From Cyanobacteria bacterium P01_F01_bin.150 (GTDB lineage: Bacteria; Cyanobacteriota; Cyanobacteriia; CAKZMO01), in assembly GCA_039189765.1 (NCBI GenBank), contig JBCCYL010000007.1:32001-96000 (forward strand): a stretch of 64,000 nt of DNA, in the 5' to 3' direction. Positions within the stretch are counted from its first letter, which is position 1. Each line of letters opens with the position of its first letter. The position numbers and the translations under genes were made by a program. The notes under the pieces were generated by a model. That model was given only the letters and a program-made list of their open reading frames with translations, made no database searches and had not been told where the DNA came from. Of this stretch, positions 29,773 to 37,796 are shown in pieces.

Positions 29773-32700
29773 CTAGAGGCAATTAGAAACAGGCGCTAAG
29801 CTCAAAGATCTGTTGGCGGTCAACTGGATTGAACCATCCGAAGCCACAGTAAATTCTGTAGCTTCTTGAGGATGGGCGTGGATTTTCATGGCAGAGTGAT
29901 TAGTGGGAGGGGCAGAAGAGACTGTTGCGCTCTCAATGGTCTCAGGAATAGTTCCAAAATCAGGAAAAATGTGATACCAGGAGCGATCGCTGTTTCCATC
30001 TGGCTCTGTAGATAACCCACCCTGTCCGATTATGACAAAGTAACTTCCTTGGGCTACGTTACAGGATGTCGAAATAGCTTGAGTCACATCAGTAATGGTG
30101 GTGGGCAGGATGACTGCCGCACTGCTTGGGTCAATGTCGGGAGTTGTAATCTGGACAGTCCCGCTAATTCCTGATTGTGAGCTAGCTGTAATATCGTTCC
30201 CATCTGTCAATCTATCTCTGACGGCTAAGTTAAATAATCCCTCTGTTGTAATTTGAATATTGCCTCCATCTCCATCAAAGGCATTGGCGACAATATCGCT
30301 ATTGCCAGTTGCAGCCAAAAACGGTGATGTAATTGTAATGTTGCCACCATTGCCACCATCTCCCTGCCCTGTACCTGCTTGGGTAGAAATGGCCCCTTCT
30401 CCTCCCCTGTCGGCTAAAATCAAACCCCGATCAATATCGAGAGTGATATTACCGCCACCGCTTTGTTCGCTAAGAGCCGTTATGGCTCCGTTATCTAAAA
30501 TTAGAGTACCGATATCCATTGTTACGTTGCCCGCTCTGGCTTCCTGAGGGAATGACGAGGCTGTAGAAACTGAAGGCGATCTGGATTGAGATCGCGATCG
30601 CCTATTGCTGAATAAACCATCAAAGTTGATTGTGTCTGCACTAGCGGAGACTTCTGCTCCATTTTGAATTAGGAGTAGAGGAGCTGTGACCATAATGTCG
30701 CCGCCTAACCCACTAGCCTCTATTTCAGTCTCTGACGAGAGTAATCGTTGTGCGCCTGCTGATAACCCACTAGCGAATAAACCATCCGAAGGAGAGCGAC
30801 CATCTAATAAAACTTGACCAGATGCTTGAACGGTCAGATTCCCCGCATTCCCCTCACCAAAGGTAGCGGATAAAAACTGCCCTCCGTCTCGAAAGCCTAG
30901 AGTGTTAGTCTCAATCTCGATGTTTCCGGCTGTACCCCTACCAAATGTTGATGTCGTCAATACGGAACCAATAACCTCAATATCTGTTGCTACAACATCA
31001 ATATTTCCCCCAGTACCATCTTTAAAAGCTGAGCTAGCGATAATCCCGCCATTCTGTAAGTGAAGCTGTTCAGAGGTGATTTGAATTTGTCCCGCTTGCC
31101 CTTCTTCTAAGGCAAACGTGCCGATGCCTTGGGTGAAATTATCAGGGCTAAAGGTATTGGTAAACGCAGGCAAAATAGCATTTTGGCGTAAATCTTCACT
31201 GCCCGTACCCATAATATTGATGTCTATGGCTTGAATGTTAATATTGCCTCCATTCCCAGACGTTGTCGTAGAGGCGTTGATTAAGCCATTGTCTAAGATC
31301 AAGTTATGGGTATCAAGGTTAATATCGCCACCGCTGCCTGTGATGGTTGTGGCTGCAATTGTCCCCTGATTTACAAGCTCAGTTGTATTAGTTTCAATCT
31401 CCAGTTCTCCTGAGTCTCCAGAACCCTCCACAATCAAAGATATAGCCGCCTGATCTGAGATTTTTAAGTTGGGAGTTGTAATTGAAATATCGCCAGCATT
31501 CCCCTCCAGACTGTCGTCTAAGCCTAAAACTTGCCGACTCGTGTCATCAACAACAGTCACTTCAGAGCTAATCCGACTCCGAGTCAAGTCATCTGCAAAA
31601 GGGTTAGGAATAGCCCCTCTAACTAAGATTCGCTCTGATGCATGAATATCAAGACTACCCGCATTACCATCACTGATACTCGACGAGTCGATAATATTGC
31701 CATCCAGAATCTCTAATAATCGCGTGTTTATCTCAACAGTTCCGGCATTCCCAGACCCTAGAGTGGCCGAAGAGATTCCAGAGCCACTTAATTGATTGTT
31801 ATTGCCTGTAAGGCGAATGGAATCAGCCTGAATTGAAATATTTCCGCTATTCCCTTGCCCAATTAGGGTAGAAGAGGCAATCACTGCGCCATCTTTTACT
31901 ATCAAATTGCCTGTTTGAAGGTCGATATTTCCGGCATTTCCTCTTCCCCCAATGGCTGTCGCACGAATGGTGCTGACCTCTGTGCCAATTGGCGAGACTA
32001 AAAAAGGATAAACCCCAGCGACTTGAAGCTTATTTTTAGCCCAAATTTCAATGTCCCCCCCTTGCCCAGAGTTAAACGTGGAGGTGTTAATCCGGCCTCC
32101 ATTTCTGACCCGTAATGCTGGTGTCGTAATAAAAATATTACCTGCGGCGCCTTCACCAAGCGTCTCTGCTGCTAGTAACGTCCGAAACTGTGCCTGTGTG
32201 GTCAGGCCATTTACCAGTATTGAATCGTGGGCCTGAACAATAATATTTCCTCCTGGATTGTGACCAGTCTGACTTAGGATTGCTGAGCCACGGTTTAGGG
32301 AAAGCCTGTTTGCTTCAATACCGACTGAACCGGCTTGGGAAGCACTGACATCTACCAAGGCAAGATTAGACAGTTGGATGTCATTAAACAAAGTGCCTTC
32401 ATAGTTAAAGTGCCAGGGAACTGAATTTTGGGTGGTATCGGCAACTATTTCAATTCTGCCTTGAGCTACGCTGCCTAACTCAATGCTCCCACCAGGCGCT
32501 GTGAGAACTGCTCCATCAAGCTGAATGGTGTTACCAATAAAGGCTAAAGATTGACCAGATGATACTTCTAGGCCAAGACTATCGCTGGCATTATTGGATA
32601 TGGGAAACAAGTCACTGATTTGATTCAGTTGATGACCGGGGCCTTGAATTTCAACTGCACCTGAAGACTGGCCGAGCTGTAATCCAATGGGAGTCTTAAT

Positions 32701-33210
32701 GGAGAGTAAGGGCGATGACTGGAGGTCGGAAATACTAAATTCTAGTTGATTATCGAATAATAAGCGATCAGCCGTAGTTGCTAGAAACGAACCACCAATA
32801 TCTAAACGGGCATTGGGGCCAAACAGAAAACCATTAGGATTAAGCAAGAAAAGATTAGCATTCCCGTTGGCTTTAATTAACCCGTCAATATTAGAAATCT
32901 CACTGCCGGTAATGCGGCTAATAATGTTCTGAATATCTATTGCATTGTTGAAGTATACTGAGCTATCAGTAGGAATCGAAAACTGATCAAAGCTGTGAAA
33001 TAGATTGATTCCTGCTTGATCGCCTTGCTCAATTACAAAATTGAAGTTATCGATTGAGCGAACAGTAGTGGAAAGAGTTCCGTCATGGGTAACTTGGGCT
33101 AATGCTTGATGTTGCCCTTGAATACTAAAGTTGACCAACAGAAAGAGGCCTAAAGTATTAATTATTTTTATCCATGGGTGGTAAATAAAGCTGTTTTCAA
33201 CACTGACCAT
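29773..33210 (-). CDS. Filamentous haemagglutinin N-terminal-domain exoprotein
   Basis: Signal peptide ALAQ, NLFHSF, LFLLNPNG, GxxGxIxI repeats and C-terminal GQGGL. Confidence 0.9.
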   Translation of the reverse strand: MVSVENSFIYHPWIKIINTLGLFLLVNFSIQGQHQALAQVTHDGTLSTTVRSIDNFNFVIEQGDQAGINLFHSFDQFSIPTDSSVYFNNAIDIQNIISRITGSEISNIDGLIKANGNANLFLLNPNGFLFGPNARLDIGGSFLATTADRLLFDNQLEFSISDLQSSPLLSIKTPIGLQLGQSSGAVEIQGPGHQLNQISDLFPISNNASDSLGLEVSSGQSLAFIGNTIQLDGAVLTAPGGSIELGSVAQGRIEIVADTTQNSVPWHFNYEGTLFNDIQLSNLALVDVSASQAGSVGIEANRLSLNRGSAILSQTGHNPGGNIIVQAHDSILVNGLTTQAQFRTLLAAETLGEGAAGNIFITTPALRVRNGGRINTSTFNSGQGGDIEIWAKNKLQVAGVYPFLVSPIGTEVSTIRATAIGGRGNAGNIDLQTGNLIVKDGAVIASSTLIGQGNSGNISIQADSIRLTGNNNQLSGSGISSATLGSGNAGTVEINTRLLEILDGNIIDSSSISDGNAGSLDIHASERILVRGAIPNPFADDLTRSRISSEVTVVDDTSRQVLGLDDSLEGNAGDISITTPNLKISDQAAISLIVEGSGDSGELEIETNTTELVNQGTIAATTITGSGGDINLDTHNLILDNGLINASTTTSGNGGNINIQAIDINIMGTGSEDLRQNAILPAFTNTFSPDNFTQGIGTFALEEGQAGQIQITSEQLHLQNGGIIASSAFKDGTGGNIDVVATDIEVIGSVLTTSTFGRGTAGNIEIETNTLGFRDGGQFLSATFGEGNAGNLTVQASGQVLLDGRSPSDGLFASGLSAGAQRLLSSETEIEASGLGGDIMVTAPLLLIQNGAEVSASADTINFDGLFSNRRSRSQSRSPSVSTASSFPQEARAGNVTMDIGTLILDNGAITALSEQSGGGNITLDIDRGLILADRGGEGAISTQAGTGQGDGGNGGNITITSPFLAATGNSDIVANAFDGDGGNIQITTEGLFNLAVRDRLTDGNDITASSQSGISGTVQITTPDIDPSSAAVILPTTITDVTQAISTSCNVAQGSYFVIIGQGGLSTEPDGNSDRSWYHIFPDFGTIPETIESATVSSAPPTNHSAMKIHAHPQEATEFTVASDGSIQLTANRSLSLAPVSNCL

Positions 33211-33400
33211 CAGTATCCAAAAAATGTTTTGTTCGCCTATGTTTTAATGCGGTATTGAGTGATAGGGGCAAAGTGTCTCATATTGTCATTAAAATTTTCC
33301 AGACTTTGGCTATGGGCATAAACCTTTTCATTTCCTTAATGTTCCCAATGCTGAAAGAACTTACTATGCCTATTTACGAAGATTCGTATGATGAGGACTA

Positions 33401-36067
33401 TCATTTTAGAGTAGAGTGTAGAGACGGGTCACAGTTTGACTCGATTGAGTTGATGATCGGATTTGTACCCGAGATTAATTGAATCTTGCCTGAGGATGCG
33501 ATCGCCATTTGGGAGGCCTCTTGAGGCAATAGGGGAGTTAGAAAGGCCGTGGAAGTTTGGAAAACACCAGGAGCAGGAGCATCGGCAATAGAATTCGGTA
33601 TGGTGCCGAAATCAGGAAGAATATTTGGCCAGGGGCGATCGCCATCGCCATCAGGATTGGTCGGCAACCCACCTTGGCCGGTAACCACAAATTGACTGCG
33701 GCTAGTCGACTCACCACATGCTGTGGCAACTTGATCGGTGGCATCGTTCACTGTTGAGGGCAACAAAATAGCATCTGCACCAGGATCAACATCTGGTGTT
33801 GTAATGCTAACAGTACCGCTTACACCAAATTCTGAACTAGCGGTGATATCGTTGTTGGACGTTAAACTATCTCGAAACGCAATATTGAATAAACCTTGAG
33901 TAGTGATTTGAATGCTGCCGCCATTGCCAGTAAATGCATTGGCCTCAATATCACTATTGCCAGCAGCAACAATAAATGGAGCTTCAATTTGGATATTTCC
34001 CCCATCTCCACCACCGCTATCTACTGTTCCGGCCCGAGTTGAAATAGTACTCATATTGGATAAAAAAAGTCCATCATCAACCGTCAGATTAACGCCTCCA
34101 CCCCTACCAGACGAGAGAGAGGATGCGTTGATTCGGCCATTATTTAAACGTAGAATGTGAGCATTAATAGTTATACTACCTCCACTGACGGTATTCGTTG
34201 TTGCAGTGATCGCGCCCTGGTTCTCTAAGGCTACTCTTTCGGCAGAAATGTTTAATTGTCCCGGATTGCCGTCACCAGATACATTATTGATGGTTACAAC
34301 GCCACTATCAGCAATACGCAAATAAGGAGTGTCAATGGTAAGATTGCCCACATCGCCCGCTGGAATCGGTGATAAGTCCAAAATTTGCCGAATCGAGTCA
34401 TTGAGAGTGATGACGGCAGAACTAATGGCACTAACCTGAACGTTACCTTCACTATTTCTGAGTCTAAACCCTTGCACAACAACTTGTTCAGATGCACTGA
34501 TTTTTAAATCTCCAGCATGCCCAAGGCTTGCACTTGCAGAGTCCACAATGTTGCCATCTAAGACAACCAACTCGCGAGTATTGATCCTAATATCTCCTGC
34601 ATTGCCGTCACTTAAGGTACTAGAAAAAATTCCAGCACCTCCAATTTCAATTTGGTGAGTCGTTCCCTCTAAACGAATGGAGTCAGCCTCAATAAGAATA
34701 TCCCCTCCTGTTCCTTCTCCAGCTAGAGTAGATGAACTGATAATGCCCCCGCCTCTAACCCTAACGATTGGACTATTAATGTCAATATCCCCTGCATTGC
34801 CTAAACCGCCAATGGTGGTGGCTCCAATGACACTAACATCCGTCCCACTCTTGGCAATAGGAGATATTCCCTCTACGTGAAGGGCCTCTTCTGCTCGAAT
34901 ATGAATACTGCCTGAATCACCACCATCAAACGTCGTCGATCTAATTGCTCCTCCATTTTTAAGCCTCACTAAGGGACTTTGAATATCGATGAGGCTTCCT
35001 TGGCCACTACCTAAAACTTCTGCCCGAATTGAACTGCGAAAATTACTTGAATTGACCCCACGAATGATAAGAGACTCGTCGGCATAAACTTGGATAAATC
35101 CAGCTAGAGCATTGCCTGCATTTTGGCTAAGTAGAGTAGAACCTCCGCTCAAACGAATTTGATCGCCTTGTAAAGACATCGAACCAGCCTGATTTGCGCT
35201 GCTATCTAAAAGGGCATTACGAATCAACTGAATGTTATCGAAAGAGGCCCCGTCATAGGAAAAGACCCAATTACCATTATTGTCGTCGAATTTGATAATG
35301 CCGTCCCGAGCGCTACCGAGTTCAATATGTCCCCCTGCCGTCGTTAATACGGCTCCATTCAGCGTTAAAGAACTACCAAGCAACGCTAAATTTTGAGAAG
35401 AAGATACTTCAAGGCCCAATGATTCGGAGGAATGATTGGTCGTTTGGAGAAGGTCGTTACCTTGCATAAGCTGGTGTCCTGAACCCAGCACTTCGATAGA
35501 ACCGGGTTCAGCCCCCATTTGTAAGCCCAAAGGGATATTAATCGATAGTAATCTTTCTGCTTGACTTGCACTAAAAGTAATATCATCTTCAAATAAAAAA
35601 CTGTCGGCAGTGGTTACCAAAAATGAACCACCAATATTTAAGCGAGCATTAGGGCCAAAAATAAAACCATTGGGATTGAGCAAGAAAAGACTGGCAGTGC
35701 CATTAGCTTGAATTAAACCATCAATATCAGATAGACCTGAACCAGTAACTCTAGTAATGATGTTTTCAATGGCGATCGCATTACTAAATTGGGCAGAACC
35801 ATTAGTGGGAATTGAAAACTGCTCAAAACTATGAAAGAGATTACGATTGACACGATTACCTGCATCAATCACAAAGTTGAGATTATCTGTGGTGGTTACA
35901 GTGGTAGCCAGAGTTCCATCTGGGGTTACTTGCGCATAGACAGCAGGTTGCAAAATAAAGCCCCACATTAGAGTAGCAGCACCTATGGAAACGATATCTG
36001 CTGCGCATTGGCATGTTGACATCACTCTTTGCATCCTCCAAAGAATGGTCATTCCAGAAGTGGGCAT
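33401..36067 (-). CDS. Filamentous haemagglutinin N-terminal-domain exoprotein (paralog of 29773..33210; start uncertain)
   Basis: VYAQVTPDGTL, NLFHSF, LFLLNPNG and C-terminal GQGGLP/PDFGTIP. Confidence 0.9.
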   Translation of the reverse strand: MPTSGMTILWRMQRVMSTCQCAADIVSIGAATLMWGFILQPAVYAQVTPDGTLATTVTTTDNLNFVIDAGNRVNRNLFHSFEQFSIPTNGSAQFSNAIAIENIITRVTGSGLSDIDGLIQANGTASLFLLNPNGFIFGPNARLNIGGSFLVTTADSFLFEDDITFSASQAERLLSINIPLGLQMGAEPGSIEVLGSGHQLMQGNDLLQTTNHSSESLGLEVSSSQNLALLGSSLTLNGAVLTTAGGHIELGSARDGIIKFDDNNGNWVFSYDGASFDNIQLIRNALLDSSANQAGSMSLQGDQIRLSGGSTLLSQNAGNALAGFIQVYADESLIIRGVNSSNFRSSIRAEVLGSGQGSLIDIQSPLVRLKNGGAIRSTTFDGGDSGSIHIRAEEALHVEGISPIAKSGTDVSVIGATTIGGLGNAGDIDINSPIVRVRGGGIISSSTLAGEGTGGDILIEADSIRLEGTTHQIEIGGAGIFSSTLSDGNAGDIRINTRELVVLDGNIVDSASASLGHAGDLKISASEQVVVQGFRLRNSEGNVQVSAISSAVITLNDSIRQILDLSPIPAGDVGNLTIDTPYLRIADSGVVTINNVSGDGNPGQLNISAERVALENQGAITATTNTVSGGSITINAHILRLNNGRINASSLSSGRGGGVNLTVDDGLFLSNMSTISTRAGTVDSGGGDGGNIQIEAPFIVAAGNSDIEANAFTGNGGSIQITTQGLFNIAFRDSLTSNNDITASSEFGVSGTVSITTPDVDPGADAILLPSTVNDATDQVATACGESTSRSQFVVTGQGGLPTNPDGDGDRPWPNILPDFGTIPNSIADAPAPGVFQTSTAFLTPLLPQEASQMAIASSGKIQLISGTNPIINSIESNCDPSLHSTLK

Positions 36068-36108
36068 AAGTTAGTTTCGGAAGGTCTACTCTTTAATATG
36101 CCCCGAAG

Positions 36109-37089
36109 TCAAAAAGGAACTACAGATGCGATCGCAATCGTTAATCCCATCCAGAGAAGAAGACTCCAGCGGGTTAAGCTAAGGGCCTTGTCAATTGAAT
36201 CTGGCGAAATATCCTGGAGGCGATCGCCCAAAAGAGGTTTTTCTTTCTTTTGACCCTGATAATAATTTATTCCACCTAATTGCACTCCCAAAGCAGCAGC
36301 ATAGGCACATTCACTCCAGCCAGCGTTGGGACTCGGATCTTGTGGTGCATCACGACGACAAATGTGCCAGACCTGCCGTGGTTTGCCAGACAAGACACTG
36401 ATAGTCGCAACCACCAGACGACAAGGAAGCCAGGTTAACCCATCCTCAAATTTTGCGCTAAACCACCCCAACTCTTTAAAAGGAGGTGTTTTGTAGCCCA
36501 CCATAGAATCAAGAGTACTTGCCGCTTTATATCCCAGGACTAGGGTGGCACTTCCCGTTGGCAAGAAAGCTCCCACCATCGCAAACCAGAATGGAGCCAA
36601 CACCCCATCAGTGGCATTTTCACTAACTGTCTCCATTACTGCCCGTAGAATACCGGCTTCGCCTAACTGCTGGGTGTCTCTCCCTACATACAGCGCCATT
36701 TTGTCACGAGCCATATCTAAATTTTTTGTACTCAGAGGTCCCAGCACATCATAAGCAGCATCTCGTAAACTGCGTCCTGCCAGCCCACTGGCGACCAAGA
36801 TACTCTCTACCCCTAAGCCAAAGAACGGATGAATCCACCTAGCCCAATACACTATTCCCCAAACCACCAGACCAGTTCCCACAATCGTCGATAATCCTAA
36901 AAAGATTCCGGCGATTTTTAAGGTCAAAGGCTGATGAAATCGATTGAGTAGCAACTTGGACAGTCGTTCAATCCATTTCCCAATCACTTGAACTGGATGA
37001 ATCCAATTCCATGGGTCGCCAATCAAATAGTCTAGGAGTAGGGCGATTGCCAAAATAGCCAAGCTATAGGTTATGTCTATGCTTACCAT
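36109..37089 (-). CDS. cobD: Adenosylcobinamide-phosphate synthase CbiB/CobD
   Basis: DYLIGDP..IHPV, VGRDT, ETVSENATDG, YKAASTLDSMVGY and SPNAGWSE. Confidence 0.95.
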   Translation of the reverse strand: MVSIDITYSLAILAIALLLDYLIGDPWNWIHPVQVIGKWIERLSKLLLNRFHQPLTLKIAGIFLGLSTIVGTGLVVWGIVYWARWIHPFFGLGVESILVASGLAGRSLRDAAYDVLGPLSTKNLDMARDKMALYVGRDTQQLGEAGILRAVMETVSENATDGVLAPFWFAMVGAFLPTGSATLVLGYKAASTLDSMVGYKTPPFKELGWFSAKFEDGLTWLPCRLVVATISVLSGKPRQVWHICRRDAPQDPSPNAGWSECAYAAALGVQLGGINYYQGQKKEKPLLGDRLQDISPDSIDKALSLTRWSLLLWMGLTIAIASVVPF

Positions 37090-37544
37090 AAGTTACTCTT
37101 GGCTCTCTGCCGTTTTTCTTCCTCTAGTAAAGCATTCTAGAACTCTGTAAAGAAATAAAAAACTGTTGCCCAGTCTCGCAATCCCTTGCTCAGCAAGCAC
37201 TTTTGGACGTGACTAGAGGAAAATACTGAAAAAATATTCTTACTTTACGGAATGCTCTAAAGCTTTATTGATTCCTTATATTAAGGCGGAACCATCGTTG
37301 GAAAAGCCCCCACGACCAACGATGGCCCCACTAAAGAATAGCGGAGAGGGTTAATTTTGTCTTCCCCTAACAAAAAGTCTTCTTTCCTCTACTCCACTAG
37401 TGGTTTGCCTTTCCGCCTACACCGTTTCCAACGTCCACTATGGATCCATGAACTGAGTCCATTAAAGGTCCCTGGACGGCGTAAAGCCCCTGTGTCCAAT
37501 GTAATTGTCAAGATGGATTTCTCATTCCATCTTAAACAGTAAGA

Positions 37545-37745
37545 GAGTCCCTAAAAAGCCCCTGAGTCCCCAAAATTGAGTCTCCTAAAAACTGAGTCCC
37601 TAGAAAGCCCCTGAACCCCCAAACATTGAGTCCCCAAAAACTGAGTCCCTAGAAAGCCCCTGAACCCCCAAGCATGGAGTCCCCAAATCAGGCTCCCCAA
37701 GCCCTTTTAGAAGTCCCTAACAAGCTCCTGAGTCCCCTAATAAGC
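37545..37745. repeat. Imperfect tandem repeat of GAGTCCC/AAAGCCCCTGA modules
   Basis: AAAACTGAGTCCCTAGAAAGCCCCTGAACCCCCAA occurs exactly twice (37588, 37637; 49-bp period), flanked by several degenerate GAGTCCC(C) units. Confidence 0.85.
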
Positions 37746-37796
37746 GTCCTAAAAGTTCTCAATCAAAGATAAACTGCCCTCTGCGAGAGCCAAGCC

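Noticed and set aside
37090..37350. Cobalamin riboswitch upstream of cobD
   Set aside because: No B12-box or GGGAA...GGTG core was found by eye on the - strand; only generic hairpins are present.
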